NCBI GenBank assembly: GCA_051418015.1
Contig: JBPRGF010000033.1
Span: 192,001-256,000, forward strand
Length of the DNA: 64,000 nucleotides
Source: Candidatus Nitrospinota bacterium M3_3B_026
GTDB taxonomy: Bacteria > Nitrospinota_A > UBA7883 > JBPRGF01
Direction: 5' to 3'
Made by a program: the position numbers and the translations under genes. Positions 19,140-30,612 of the stretch are shown piece after piece. The notes under the pieces were generated by a model. The model saw only the letters and a program-made list of their open reading frames with translations. It did no database searches and had not been told where the DNA came from. Numbering within the stretch: position 1 is the first letter of the stretch; the number at the start of each line of letters is the position of its first letter.

Positions 19140-19637
19140 CTACTTTCCCGCCAGCTGCCTGGCTGTGTATTCCATCAGCCCGCCCGCGTCGATAAGCTCG
19201 CGCATGAAGGGGGGGATAGGCACGGCCTTGTAGGTTTTTCCTTTCGTCTTGTTGACGATTTCGCCGGTGGCGATGTCCACCTCCAGCTCGTCGCCGGTCT
19301 CGATGTCCTCCGCCGCCTCGGCGCTCTCTAAAATCGGCAGCCCCATGTTGAAGGCGTTGCGGTAGAAAATGCGGGCGAAAAACTTCGCGATGACAAGCGA
19401 CACTCCGGCGCCCTTGATCGCGATAGGCGCGTGTTCGCGCGATGAGCCGCACCCGAAATTGTCCCCCGCGACGATGATATCGCCCTCGCCGACTTTTTTC
19501 GGAAACTCGGGGTCGGCGTCCTCCATCACGTGTTTGGCCAGCTCCTCGGGGTCTATGGTGTTCAGGTATCGCGCCGGTATGATCGCGTCGGTGTCTATGT
19601 TGTCGCCGAACTTCCAGCTCTTTCCGGTTATCTTCAT
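19140..19637 (-). CDS. leuD: 3-isopropylmalate dehydratase small subunit
   Basis: [39 protein letters not shown] 19637 with AGGAG RBS. Confidence 0.95.
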   Translation of the reverse strand: MKITGKSWKFGDNIDTDAIIPARYLNTIDPEELAKHVMEDADPEFPKKVGEGDIIVAGDNFGCGSSREHAPIAIKGAGVSLVIAKFFARIFYRNAFNMGLPILESAEAAEDIETGDELEVDIATGEIVNKTKGKTYKAVPIPPFMRELIDAGGLMEYTARQLAGK

Positions 19638-19648
19638 CGTCCTCTCCT

Positions 19649-20920
19649 TCAGGCCCCCGCCACCTCGGCCGGGTCGGTGATCGTCCCCGTCACCGCCGTC
19701 GCCGCCGCCACGGCGGGAGACGCCAGAAAAACCTCCGATTTCGGATGCCCCATCCTGCCGACGAAGTTGCGGTTCGTCGTGGCCAGGCATTTTTCACCCT
19801 CGGCCAGTATCCCCATGTGCCCGCCCAGGCAGGGCCCGCAGGTCGGCGTGGAGACGACGGCCCCGGCGTCTATGAAGATGTCGAAGTAGCCCGCGTCCAT
19901 CGCCTGTTTATAGATCCTCTGCGTGGCGGGGATGATTATCATTCGAACACCCCTGGTCACCTTTTGCCCTTTCATTATCTCCGCGGCGATCTTCAGGTCG
20001 GCCAATCGGCCGTTGGTGCAGGAGCCGATCACCACCTGGTCCACCTTTATCCCGTTCGCCTCGTCTATGGGCCTTGCGTTCTCCGGCAGGTGGGGGAAGG
20101 CGACCTGGATGTCGATGTCGGCCCCGTCGAACTCGTGGACGCTGTGGTAGACCGCGTCCGGGTCGGACTCGTAAACCTTCCATTCGCGCCGCGCCTGTTT
20201 CTTTATGAAGTCTATGGTCGTCTCGTCGGCCTTCATGATCCCGTTCTTCGCGCCCGCCTCAACGGCCATGTTGGCGATCGAGAAACGGTCGTCCATGCTC
20301 GCCTGCTCGATCATCGGGCCGGAGAACTCCATCGCCCGGTACAGCGCGCCGGAGACGCCTATCTTGCCGATGGTGTAGAGGATCAGGTCCTTGCCGGATA
20401 TCCAGCGGTTCTTCTTTTTGCCTTTGAAGACGAACTTCATAGTCTCCGGGACACGGAACCATGTCTTGCCCGTTATCATCGTCGCGGCAAGGTCCGTCGA
20501 GCCTATCCCGGTGGAGAAGGCGCCCAGCGCGCCGTAAGTGCAGGTGTGGCTGTCGGCGCCGATTATCACGTCACCGGGGACGACTATGCCCTCCTCCGGC
20601 AGCAGGGCGTGCTCGATGCCCATCCGCCCGACCTCGAAGTAATTCTCTATGTTCTGCTCCGTGGCGAACTCGCGCATCAGCTTGGCCTGCTGGGCCGAGG
20701 CGATGTCCTTGTTCGGCGCGAAATGGTCCGGCACGAGCACGACTTTACCCTTGTCGTAGACCGCCTTCGCCCCCGCCTTTTTGAAGGCGCTGATGGCGAT
20801 CGGCGCTGTGATGTCGTTGCCCAGGGCGATGTCGACGCTGCAGGTGACAAGCTCCCCCGGTTTCACGGACTCCGCCCCCGCGTGGGCGGCGAGTATCTTC
20901 TCGGTTATCGTCATTCCCAT
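19649..20920 (-). CDS. leuC: 3-isopropylmalate dehydratase large subunit (short LeuC/HacA type)
   Basis: [35 protein letters not shown]. Confidence 0.95.
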   Translation of the reverse strand: MGMTITEKILAAHAGAESVKPGELVTCSVDIALGNDITAPIAISAFKKAGAKAVYDKGKVVLVPDHFAPNKDIASAQQAKLMREFATEQNIENYFEVGRMGIEHALLPEEGIVVPGDVIIGADSHTCTYGALGAFSTGIGSTDLAATMITGKTWFRVPETMKFVFKGKKKNRWISGKDLILYTIGKIGVSGALYRAMEFSGPMIEQASMDDRFSIANMAVEAGAKNGIMKADETTIDFIKKQARREWKVYESDPDAVYHSVHEFDGADIDIQVAFPHLPENARPIDEANGIKVDQVVIGSCTNGRLADLKIAAEIMKGQKVTRGVRMIIIPATQRIYKQAMDAGYFDIFIDAGAVVSTPTCGPCLGGHMGILAEGEKCLATTNRNFVGRMGHPKSEVFLASPAVAAATAVTGTITDPAEVAGA

Positions 20921-21195
20921 GGCGAAGAGCCTCTATAGCAAACAGAAATGAAAACCTAAATGATGACCGAAGGCGACGGTGAAATCAACGGTATTTTTGG
21001 ATTTTTTGGGTACATGCGGGGGAGGGGAGAGACCGCAGGCCTGGGACTGGAGACTGGAGACTGGAGGGAGGAGTTGGAGACATCCTCCTCCAGCCTGAGG
21101 CCTGAAGTTCCAGGCTTTTTTCTACTCTCGAAGGTGTTATTCACCGTGTCCAAAGGGGGACGCCGGTGTGAAGAACACCTTGGCCATCAAAAGTT

Positions 21196-21310
21196 TCCCC
21201 TCCTTTATAAGGAGGGGTGGCGGCGAAAGCCGCCGGGGTGGTAATCCTTTTTCTTTCGGTTTACCCCCCTCGGCTCCATTGGAGCCGCTCCCCCTTATAA
21301 AAGGGGGAGA
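21196..21310. repeat. Family A-related REP doublet
   Basis: CCCCTCCTTTATAAGGAGGGG-TGGCGGCGAAAGCCGCC-GGGGTGG ... CCCCCCTCGGCTCCATTGGAGCCG-CTCCCCCTTATAAAAGGGGGAG. Confidence 0.75.
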
Positions 21311-21347
21311 AAAGGATTAAACATCCACCAGTCTCCAGCCTCCGCCT

Positions 21348-21932
21348 TTACCCTCCGAGGTTTTTCGCCACGAAGTCCCAGTTGGCGAGATTCCAGAACG
21401 CCTCCACGTATTTCGGCCGCGCGTTGCGGTAGTCGATATAATAGGCGTGCTCCCACACGTCGCAGGTTAAAAGGGGTGTCTTGCCATCGGTCATGGGGTT
21501 GCCCGCGTTGCCGGTCTGCTCTATGGAAAGCGAGCCGTCGGCGTTTTTCACAAGCCACGTCCAGCCGGAGCCGAACAGGGTGGCCGCCTTGTTCGAAAAC
21601 TCCTCTTTGAACTTGTCGAATGATCCGAAGTCCTTCGAGATCGCCTCCGCCAGCGCGCCCGAGGGCTCTCCGCCGCCCGAGGGCGAGAGGCTGTTCCAGT
21701 AGAAAGTGTGGTTCCAGACCTGCGCGGCGTTGTTGAAAAGACCCCCGGCCGGCGCCTTTTTGATTATCTCCTCCAGCGGGGCGTCCTCGTGCTCCGTCCC
21801 CTTGATGAGCCCGTTCAGGTTGTTGACATAGGCGTTGTGATGCTTGCCGTAGTGATACTCGATCGTCTCCGCCGATACGTGAGGCTCCAGGGCGTTTTTC
21901 TCGTATGGCAGGTCGGGGAGTTTGTGTTCCAT
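21348..21932 (-). CDS. sodB: Superoxide dismutase [Fe]
   Basis: [15 protein letters not shown] (Fe-type Gln), [13 protein letters not shown]. Confidence 0.97.
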   Translation of the reverse strand: MEHKLPDLPYEKNALEPHVSAETIEYHYGKHHNAYVNNLNGLIKGTEHEDAPLEEIIKKAPAGGLFNNAAQVWNHTFYWNSLSPSGGGEPSGALAEAISKDFGSFDKFKEEFSNKAATLFGSGWTWLVKNADGSLSIEQTGNAGNPMTDGKTPLLTCDVWEHAYYIDYRNARPKYVEAFWNLANWDFVAKNLGG

Positions 21933-21967
21933 TTTTCTTTCTCCTCTACGTGGTTTGGCCGGGAAGC

Positions 21968-24900
21968 TCAGTTTAGCCTGAGGTTCCTGGCGGACTTGTC
22001 CATCTCCTCCTCGAAGCGTTGGCGGGAAAGGCCGATGTCCCTTAAAACCTCCTCGCGCAGCCTGTCGAGCAGGGAGCGCTTCTCCTTGTCGAAGGATGTG
22101 TCCAGGTCGGCCTTCTTTTTCATTATGTCGGCGATAAGCTCCTGCCGGCGTTTGTACTCTTCGGTTTTAAGCTCCATGTCAAGCATTTCCAGCTTTTTGC
22201 TCTTTTCCAGGGCGAGTTCCCTTTCGAGGCGCTCGATCCTCGCCTCCTTCTCCTTCTCGATCTCCCTGTCCGCCTTCGCCAGAAGCTCGGCGCGTTCCTT
22301 CTCCAGGCCGGAGAATATCTCCTCGCGCATTCGCGCCGCCTCGGAGTCCAGGCCGGATTTTATCCGTTCCAGCGTCTCGGCCCTTCTGGCCTCCTCCTCG
22401 GCGCGCAGGCTCCGTTCCATCCTGCCTCTTTCCAGCGCGGCCTCCTTCTCCAGCCGCTCCCGCTCCCTTTGCGCGTGTTTGGAGAGGCTCTGCTCGTAGC
22501 GCCTTCTCCTGCTCTCCCGTTCCGCCTCGAGCTCCTCGGCCATCTTCTCCTTCAGCTCAAGCCGCAGCCTGTCCGCCTCGTACCGGATCCATTCCTCCTG
22601 GCCGCGCCACAGCCTGTGGCGGCGCTCCATGAGGGCCTCCTCCATCCCCCGCTCGGCCAGCTTTTTCTCCCTTTCGAGGGCGGCGAAGATCCTGGACCTC
22701 TCCCCGGCCAGATCCACGCTCATCTCCCTGCGCAGCTCGATCCGCTCCGCCTCAAGCTCCCGCTCGGCGGCCTTGAGCCTCCTGGCCTTCTCCTGCGCGA
22801 CGTCCTCCAAAAGCTCGCGCAGCCTCGTCTCGCGCTCGGCGATGATCTCTTCGCGGAGGGTGGCCTCGGCGGCCTTGCGCTCCGCCCTGATCTTCTCCCT
22901 CGTCTCGTTGAGAAGCTCCGCCTTTTTCTTCACAAGCTCATCCCTGGCCGTGGTGATGACGGATCGCTTGTGGTCTTCCACCGCCTCGCGGATACGCGCC
23001 GTCATGAATTTTTCCCGGGAGCGCAGTCTTCCCTCCATGAGGGAGACCCTCGCGGCATACTCCTCCTCCAGCCCGGCCTCGATAACCGCGGCGCGGCGTT
23101 TCTTTTCCTCCCGCTCCCACTGGGCGAGCCTTTCGGTATGCCGGCGGCGAAGTTGGTCCACCTCTCTTTTCAGCTTTTCGATCTGAACCGTCCTGCGCTC
23201 GTCCAGCTCGTTTTTCAGCTCCATCTCCATCCGGACGGCGCGGGGGCGGGCCTGGGCCTCGAAGTCGGCCATTATCTCCCTGCGTTCGGCTTCCAGCCGC
23301 GCGGTCATGCGCTCCCGGGCGGCCTCCTCCTCCCTGGCGATCGTTTCCGCCAGCCTGTCATGTCTTTCGATCTCTTTGTCCTTCAGGCTTTTCTCGAGAT
23401 CCTTAAGCCTTCTTTCCCTTTCTTTCTCCACCTCCCTTCCCATGGCGTCCATGGCGGCGATTCTGCGTTTGGCGAGTTCGTCCTCGATGGCCCGCGCCTG
23501 GCCTCCCATGATATCGGCCATCTCCTGGGAAAGCCCCTCCATCAGCTTCTGACGCCTGTCGTCTATCTGTTTTTCAAGCTCATTCATGCGCCGTTCGCGC
23601 TCGGCCGCAAGGGCCTCCTCCAGGGCGCGTTCCTTCCCGGCCTTCAGGGAGGCGAGAAGGCTCTCAAGCTCCTCGCGCCGCTCGCGCCCGGCCGTCTTCA
23701 GCCGCTCGTTCATCTCCGCGTGGAGCCGGGCGGAGAGCTTTTCGGCGTCTTTCTTCACGGCGTTCAGGCTGGATGTCTTGAAGTCGAGCATTTCCTTTTC
23801 AAGCTCGAACAGCCGCGCCTCGCGCTCTATCTCCACCCGCTCGTTCGTCTCTCGCTCGAGTTTTTCCAGAGTTTCCTCGATCCTTTCGCGCTTTCGTTCC
23901 GTCTCCTTTCTCAGGGCGCGGGTAAGCTCTTCCTTTCTTTCCTTTGCCAGGGAGGCGATATCCCGCTCCAGGGTCCTGAGCCTCTCCGCGCGTTCGGCGG
24001 CGATGTCCCCGGCGATCTTTTCCGTCTCTCTCTGGCGGAAGGAGGCCAGGTCGTTGTTGAGCTTGTTGAGCAGCCGCTCCCGCTCCACCTCGCTCTTGCG
24101 GCGCAGAAGCTCGATGGTCTCCTGCTCGCGGCGGGCGCTCTCCTCGTCGAAGAACGAGGAGAGGCGCATGACCTCCCGGTAGGCGTCCTCCAGCAGGTTT
24201 TTCCTGATCTGGCCCGCTTCGTTTTCCGCCTCCTCTCGCAGGGTCGTCTTGAAGTTTTCTATGTCGCTTAAGGCTATGTCCCGCTCGTTCTCGCGCAGCC
24301 TTTCGGTCTCCTCCCTGATGGAGGCGATCTTCTTGTCCCTGCTCTCCTCCAGCTCCCGCCACACCATCTCGCGGACGCTCTCCACCTCCTTGCGCACCTT
24401 GGCGTGGACCTCCTTGCGGAGGCGCTCCTCCGTGTCGGCGATCTGTTTTTCCAGCCGCTCCTTTTTCTCGGCCTCCAGCTGGACGATTTTCTCCAGGCTC
24501 TCACGGCGCAGCCTGGACATCTCCTCCTCGAGGTCCGCGAGGGCGTCCGCCTTCGCTTTTTCCATCTGCCCGGCCAGGTCGGCGAGCCTCGCCTCGCGGA
24601 GGGCCGTGATGTCCTCCTCGATCTTTTCCTCGCGCCGTTTCTCCGCCTCCCGGGCGGACTCCTCCACGCTCTCCAGGCGCTGGTCGTATAGCTCGGAAAT
24701 CTCCTTTTCCATGTGTTCGACGGCGGCGCTCCTGCGCGCGTCGAGCTCCCCGGCCAGCTCGGCGCTTTTCATGTCGAACTCTCTTTTGACGGCCTCTTCC
24801 ATCGAGGCCATCCTTTCCCCCAGGCTCTTTTCCATCTCCTCGTCGACGGCCCTCCTGCCCCTTTCCAGGTGTTCGGCCAACTCCCGCTCCATGGCGGCCA

Positions 24901-25993
24901 TCCTCGCCTCGCGCTCATTTTCGACGTATGCCTCCACGCGGTTGAGTTGGCGGCTCTTTTCGTCCTCCAGCCTTTTCCGCGCGTCCAGGAGAGCCTGCTC
25001 GTCGAGTTCGATATCCAAGCCGGGCGCGACGCTCCTCGCCAGCGCCTTGAACGCCTCCGTGACGGGGAACCCCGGCTCCAGGTACGGCGCCGGTTCGCGT
25101 TCGAGCCAGGCGTTTTTCAACACGGGGTCCCGCGGGATGATCCCCGCGCAGTTCATCTCTATCCCCACGCGCTGACGGACGCGCTCCGGCAGGTCGTGGC
25201 CGAACCCCAGGCTGGCGCTGTCCTTCGCCCTGTTGACGGCGAAAAGGAAGACGGCCTCGTTCCTTATTTTCCGTATCTTCCTTCTGCGCCGCCGGTCCCC
25301 GTCCAGCGACTCCTCGATCTCCTCGGCGAGCGGTTTTTCGCCGCCGGCCATGGGCAGGGCTTTCCTGATGGCGGGAGGGGGCTTTTTGAACGCAAGCTCC
25401 ACGGAACGGGCCAGGGCTTTCTCCATCAGCGCCTCCGCCATCTCCGCGGAGCCGCTTGCAGCCTCGAGCACGAGCAGCGGCGCGTCCGCCGACAGCAGAA
25501 GGTCGAGCCTTGCGTTGTCCGTGATGAGCCCCAGGTCGGCCACCACGAAGTCGACGTCCAGGGCGGCCAGCTTTTTGAGAAGGCTCTTTTTGGGCCTTGC
25601 CGTCTTTTCCGGCAGCAGGGGGTGGTCCTCGCCGCCGTCGATCATGAACAGGTTCTTGTACCGCGTCGGCGCGACGGCCTCCTGTATGCGTCGCGCCCGC
25701 CCGGACAGAAAGTCCTGCATCGTGACGGCGGGCTTTTCCATGCCCATCAGGTAACGCATGGGCCGCGAGCCGAAGGAAAGATCGGCCACGACAACCCTTT
25801 TTCCAGAAAGCGCGAGCGTGGCCGCGAGGCCGAGGGCCGTAACGGACTTGCCGGAGCCGCCGGCCACTCCCGTGACGCCCACGGTGACGGCTTTTTTCCG
25901 TGTCTTCTGGAAGGGGGGGTGTGACAAGCGGTTGTCGGCGTTTGAATCTTTTTTCAGCGGATCGGACGGGGAGCCGGACGGGCCTTGAGCCAT
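21968..25993 (-). CDS. MinD/FlhG-like P-loop domain fused to very long charged alpha-helical tail (about 1341 aa)
   Basis: [34 protein letters not shown] in the first ~330 aa, followed by E/R/K/A/L-rich helix. Likely ATG at 25993. Confidence 0.8.
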   Translation of the reverse strand: MAQGPSGSPSDPLKKDSNADNRLSHPPFQKTRKKAVTVGVTGVAGGSGKSVTALGLAATLALSGKRVVVADLSFGSRPMRYLMGMEKPAVTMQDFLSGRARRIQEAVAPTRYKNLFMIDGGEDHPLLPEKTARPKKSLLKKLAALDVDFVVADLGLITDNARLDLLLSADAPLLVLEAASGSAEMAEALMEKALARSVELAFKKPPPAIRKALPMAGGEKPLAEEIEESLDGDRRRRRKIRKIRNEAVFLFAVNRAKDSASLGFGHDLPERVRQRVGIEMNCAGIIPRDPVLKNAWLEREPAPYLEPGFPVTEAFKALARSVAPGLDIELDEQALLDARKRLEDEKSRQLNRVEAYVENEREARMAAMERELAEHLERGRRAVDEEMEKSLGERMASMEEAVKREFDMKSAELAGELDARRSAAVEHMEKEISELYDQRLESVEESAREAEKRREEKIEEDITALREARLADLAGQMEKAKADALADLEEEMSRLRRESLEKIVQLEAEKKERLEKQIADTEERLRKEVHAKVRKEVESVREMVWRELEESRDKKIASIREETERLRENERDIALSDIENFKTTLREEAENEAGQIRKNLLEDAYREVMRLSSFFDEESARREQETIELLRRKSEVERERLLNKLNNDLASFRQRETEKIAGDIAAERAERLRTLERDIASLAKERKEELTRALRKETERKRERIEETLEKLERETNERVEIEREARLFELEKEMLDFKTSSLNAVKKDAEKLSARLHAEMNERLKTAGRERREELESLLASLKAGKERALEEALAAERERRMNELEKQIDDRRQKLMEGLSQEMADIMGGQARAIEDELAKRRIAAMDAMGREVEKERERRLKDLEKSLKDKEIERHDRLAETIAREEEAARERMTARLEAERREIMADFEAQARPRAVRMEMELKNELDERRTVQIEKLKREVDQLRRRHTERLAQWEREEKKRRAAVIEAGLEEEYAARVSLMEGRLRSREKFMTARIREAVEDHKRSVITTARDELVKKKAELLNETREKIRAERKAAEATLREEIIAERETRLRELLEDVAQEKARRLKAAERELEAERIELRREMSVDLAGERSRIFAALEREKKLAERGMEEALMERRHRLWRGQEEWIRYEADRLRLELKEKMAEELEAERESRRRRYEQSLSKHAQRERERLEKEAALERGRMERSLRAEEEARRAETLERIKSGLDSEAARMREEIFSGLEKERAELLAKADREIEKEKEARIERLERELALEKSKKLEMLDMELKTEEYKRRQELIADIMKKKADLDTSFDKEKRSLLDRLREEVLRDIGLSRQRFEEEMDKSARNLRLN

Positions 25994-26136
25994 TTTGAGG
26001 ACCACCTTCTGAAAAATCCCACCAGTAAGAAGAAATTCTAATCGGCTTCGGGCCGCGCTGTCAATGATTTCAAGGCCGTTCAGAGGCGCTTGCCATGGTA
26101 GAATTATATAAAAAAGATTTTGGGCGTCGTTCGCGC

Positions 26137-27183
26137 ATGAGCCACGGAGATTCTGAAGGGGGGCGCGCAAGGGCCTTGGCGCGCGACCCCGGCGTTCTCA
26201 TCGAAACGCTGCGGCGTATCCATTGTCTGCGAAAGCTTTCGCCTCCGCAGCTCGCCCGCATCGCCAGGCTCAAGACCCGCCACTGGGGCCCGGACGAGTT
26301 CATCTTCAACGAAGGCGATCGCGACCTGGACAGGATGGTGGTCCTGCTCGCGGGAAAGGTCTTTGTGCGCAAGCGGGTGCTGAAAGGGGAGGGCGAGACC
26401 TTCGAGCAGGTGGCGGAGCTCTCCGGCCCGAACATCGTGGGGGACGACTCCTTTTTCACGGGCTTCAGGCGCTCCGCCAGCGTCTACGCGCGCGAAAGGG
26501 TCGCAGGGATACAGATCGAACGGGAGGACTTCAACGGCCTGGTAAGCCTGGATCGGGCGCGTGGGGTGGAGTTCCTGAAAAAACTCGTGGAGGAGGGCGT
26601 CCAGAGGGCGGAGCGGACGCTGGCCCGTTACATCAGCACCCTGCAGATAGTCATGGGCGGCGTATCGCTGAGCGACTGCGCCTTCTACGGGACGCTGGAG
26701 TCCTTCAAACGCCGCCTGCTCAAGACCCCGCCGGGGATGGACGAGTGGAGGGACAACGTCCGCCGGATCATGCTGATGATAAGGGAGGCCAACCAGGCCC
26801 TGGAGGAGCTTTACCATTTCGCCCACAGCCCGGAGCTTATGCTGGTCTCCGTGGATCTGAAAAAGTTCCGCCTCTCCAAAAGCCATACCTTCTACCCGCT
26901 TTTCAAGTCGATCACCGAGGAGCTGGCACAGACGCAGATGCTGGTCTCGCTGGATACCATAAACCTGAAGGACGTGGTCATCTCCAACGTGATGGCCGGC
27001 AGGGAGCCCGGCGATTCAGGGGTCGACTACTTCACGGCCGTGACCCTGGCCACCGGCGTGTACAGGGAGTTCGCCGCCCGCCTGCCGGAGATGGGGTTTG
27101 CCGCCAGGATGGCCGCGCCCGCGCCGCCCGCCCGCCGGGAAAGCAAAAGGGACAACAGTCTCCTGTGGGAGGATGCGCCCTGA
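26137..27183 (+). CDS. Cyclic nucleotide-binding domain protein with unknown C-terminal helical region
   Basis: IFNEGD...LLAGKV...VGDDSFFTGFRRSASV. Confidence 0.75.
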   Translation: MSHGDSEGGRARALARDPGVLIETLRRIHCLRKLSPPQLARIARLKTRHWGPDEFIFNEGDRDLDRMVVLLAGKVFVRKRVLKGEGETFEQVAELSGPNIVGDDSFFTGFRRSASVYARERVAGIQIEREDFNGLVSLDRARGVEFLKKLVEEGVQRAERTLARYISTLQIVMGGVSLSDCAFYGTLESFKRRLLKTPPGMDEWRDNVRRIMLMIREANQALEELYHFAHSPELMLVSVDLKKFRLSKSHTFYPLFKSITEELAQTQMLVSLDTINLKDVVISNVMAGREPGDSGVDYFTAVTLATGVYREFAARLPEMGFAARMAAPAPPARRESKRDNSLLWEDAP

Positions 27184-27223
27184 CCGCCCCGTCCGCGGCT
27201 GTTTCCACGCTGTCGCCCGCCGG

Positions 27224-27322
27224 TGTCATTCTAAGCCCCTTCGGCTTGCGCTCAGGCAGGCTCCGGCGAAGAATCTCGTCGTTTTATACGGTACGAGATG
27301 CTTCGCGTCGCTCAGCATGACA
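27224..27322. repeat. Family B palindromic repeat
   Basis: TGTCATTCT..CCCTTCG..GCTCAGG..GGCTCCGGCGAAGAATCTCG..CGAGATGCTTCG..GCTCAGCATGACA. Confidence 0.8.
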
Positions 27323-27360
27323 TTGCGGAGATCGGCGCGAGACTTTTTTCCGGCAATCCC

Positions 27361-30125
27361 TCAGGGCTCGTTTTTCTTCCTGCTCCCGGCGAGCGCCTCC
27401 CGGGCGGCCCTTGCCAGCGTTCCGGCGGTGTAAGGCTTCATCAGCAGCTTGCATATTCCGGCCGCGTGCGCCTTCTCCGGTGTTATCCTGCGGCTGAAAC
27501 CGGTGGTGAGGATTACCGGGATGCTTGGCTTTATTTGTATTATCTCACTTGCCAGCTTGTCGCCGGTCATCCCGGGCATGGTCTGGTCCGTTATCACAAG
27601 GTCAAAGCTTTCCGGATTCTCCCTGAAAGTTTCCAGGGCCACGGCGGGGCTGGTCATCGGCGTGACCTCGTACCCGTTCGCCTCCAGTATCTTCCTGTTC
27701 ATCCTGGCGATGGACTCCTCGTCGTCCACGAGCAGAATCCGCCCCGCTCCGCCGGGGTCCGAGTCCTCTCTCTCTTCCTCGTCTTCCAGGCGCGCCTGCC
27801 CCTCGCCGCCCGCCGGGATGTAGACCTCGAACGTGGAGCCCTCTCCCTTCGCGCTGCGGACGGTTATCGCGCCGCCGTGCTCCCGGACTATCCCGTGGAC
27901 CGTGGAAAGCCCCATGCCCGTGCCCTCCCCCAGCGGCTTGGTGGTGAAGAAGGGATCGAATATCCGCTCCAGGGTCTCTTCGTCCATGCCGACGCCGGTG
28001 TCGGTGACCGTCAGCTTGACGTACTCCCCGGCCCGGGTGTCCAGAGAGCGGGCCTCCTCCGCGTCAATGCTCACGGTGTCGAGGGTCACTTCCATCACGC
28101 CGCCGGCCTCGCCCATCGCATGGTATGCGTTCACGCAAAGGTTCATCACCACCTGGCTCAGCTGTGTCGGGTCGGCGAGAACCTGCGCCGTCCCGGAGAG
28201 GGCGCTGACCCTGACTTCGACGGTGGACGGGATCGAGGCACGCAGCATCTTCAGCGTCTCCTTCACGATCACCGCGGGGTCCAGAGGGCTTTTGCGAGTC
28301 TCCGCCTGGCGGGAAAAGGAGAGCATCGCCGCCACCAGCTCCTTCGCCCTTTTCCCCGCGGTCAGAACCTCCCCCAGGTCGGAGTGTGTCTCGGTCCCTT
28401 TCGGCGTGTTTTCCATGACAAGCTGCGTGTAGCCGATGACGGCGGTGAGGATATTGTTGAAGTCATGGGCGATCCCTCCCGCCAGCATCCCCATGGCCTC
28501 CAGCTTCTGCTTGCGCCGCGAGTGGCGCTCCAGCATCGCCTCGCGGGTGATGTCCTTCTTTATGGCGATGAAGCCCGTCACGGCGCCGGAGGAGTCCTGG
28601 ATCGGCGTTATGGACGCCTCGATGTCGAGAAGACCGCCGCTTTTCGTCCTGGTGACGTACTGGCCTTTCCACGACTTTCCGCTCTTCACCGTCCGCGCGA
28701 GGTATTCGTAGAAAGCCTTGTCATGGTCGCCGCTTATAAGGATATGGAAGTCGCTCCCCACGGCTTCGTGGCGCGAGTAGCCCGTCATCTTCTCGAAAGC
28801 GGCGTTCACATACTGGATCACGCCCTCGCCGTCGACGATCATGACCATGTCGTTGATCCTCTCGATCGCCGCGCCAAGACGCGCGGTCTCTTCCCGGGAG
28901 CGCTGGATGTCCACGACGCGGCCAAGCTGTTTCGCTATCGTGTCCGCCGCCGTCATCAGAAGCTCGTCCTTTTCCCTGATCCGCGTGCTGAAAAACTCCA
29001 GCACGGCGTAAACGCCCCCGGCGGTTATCACCGGGAAGGCGAAGCCGGTCCTCACCCCGATGTCGTGGTAGGCGTTGGCGCGGGGATAGTTTTTTCTGTC
29101 CTTCGTTATGTCCGTGACCCATTCCGCCTTGCCGGACTCGTACACGCGGCCGGGCAGTCCTTCACCCGGTTCAAACTTCATGTTTTCGGTCACGCTTCTG
29201 AAAATCCTGAAAAGGGAAGGGCTCCTCAGAAAGCTCCAGATGCCCGTGGAGCGGAGGTATTCTATCCCCCCCCCCCCCCCACGGGGGGCTCGGCGACGTG
29301 GATGTGGCCCACGTCAAAGCCTGTATGCTCGCATATCCTATCGATGGCCGCCCGCAACGCCGTCTCCGGGGAGGAGGCCTCGGAGGCGGCGAGCGCCACC
29401 TCCTGGGTCATTACCATCAGCTCTTCCCTTCTCTGTATCTCCCTGGCCATCGGAAGAAAAATGAAGCTCGCTATGAAAACCATCGCCGCCATCGTCAGCG
29501 CCAGGGAGATGAGTATGATGTATATGGGGACGCTCTTTCTCAGCTCGGCTTCCCGCTGGTACTGGCCGACGAGGGCGTCCAGGTCGCGCATCAGGCTGTC
29601 GCGCTCTCTTTCCATCAGGCGCATGGCCGGGTTGGCGTGGGTCAGCTCTTCCACGGGGGCCTTGGAGAACCTGCGCGCCGCTTCCGTGTATTCCGCGACC
29701 CGCTCCATCAGCCGCATCGGCTTTTCGAGAAGCATCCTCCGGACGGTCTCCGACGGATCCCCGGGCAAGTTCAGCTCCTCCGAGCCGGAGAAGAGCTTGC
29801 TCATGGAGTATTCCATGAGGTCCGCCGTTTCGATGAGCTTTTCTCTCAGGTTCGGCATCCCGCCCCTGTGTTCCTCTATCCCGGCCGCTTCGTGGATGAG
29901 GTCGTGGGCCAGCAGCCCGATACGAGTGCACAGCATCCGCTGGCGGCCGCTTATGTTCATCACCGCGGCGTTCACGTTGACGATGCCCACCACGTAAAGA
30001 ACCGAGGCGAACTCCGCCACGACGAGGACGGCTATTATGGACAGGGCGAGGATGTGACGGCTGGTTACAAAATGCCGTATACGGCCTTCAGGCGCTGCGG
30101 CGCCATGCTCTCCGCCGCGAGTCAT
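27361..30125 (-). pseudogene. Hybrid sensor histidine kinase (TM-NarX/PilJ-like-TM-GAF-PAS-HisKA-HATPase-REC), frameshifted in a G15 tract
   Basis: ORFs 29262..30125 and 27361..29193 are two halves of one gene. The GAF domain continues across the tract (VGHIHV...|IEYLRSTGIW..FRSVTE..GEGLPGRV). Also AHDFNNIL, NLCVNA, DTGVG, GTGMGL, LVDDE, TDQTMP, KP. Confidence 0.85.
29266..29280. repeat. C15 homopolymer (G15 on the coding strand)
   Basis: Directly visible; the longest homopolymer noticed in the window. Confidence 0.97.
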
Positions 30126-30470
30126 TGCTCCCCTTCTCTTGCGTTGAATGGAGCGCTACCACTGTCACAAACATACACAAACGGGGTAGCTTGTTCAAGG
30201 AGAATATCTGACCGCTGGCGGGCAACCCTTTCCGCTGTTTGTCCACTTGGCGCCTCTCGATGCTACATCCCCTTGAAAAACAGAGCGTTGCATAAAGCGC
30301 TTTCGTAATTCGCAGTCCTGGGGGCAAGCGAAGAAGATCAAGATTGCGAACGCCCAGATGCCGTTGTCCGCCCGGGCCGGAACCCCGCAAGGCTCCAATA
30401 CGCTGGATCAGAATGATGTAAAAAGGCTCAGCCGAGAGGGGGAAAGGGGGGCAGGGCGGGATTTATTGTG

Positions 30471-30498
30471 TTGCAATCGGGAAGAGGTTTGATATGAT
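30471..30498 (+). promoter_or_regulatory. Candidate sigma70 promoter for the OmpA-family gene
   Basis: TTGCAA-N16-TATGAT with extended -10 TG. Confidence 0.45.
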
Positions 30499-30612
30499 AC
30501 GTCCTTGAAAAATCGGCTTATCGGCCGCGATGTTTGCCACACGGCGCGCGCGGGGCGAAACTATATACAAGGCGGGACGCGAAACACCTGTTCGAACAGG
30601 AACGGAGGCCAC

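Noticed and set aside
14975..25993. Coiled-coil proteins as magnetosome (Mad) or SMC proteins
   Set aside because: No mam genes nearby and no SMC head or hinge motifs.
30126..30470. Possible c-di-GMP riboswitch upstream of the kinase
   Set aside because: A GACAAAC..GAAAG segment is present, but the GACGCAAAGC core and second stem are not.
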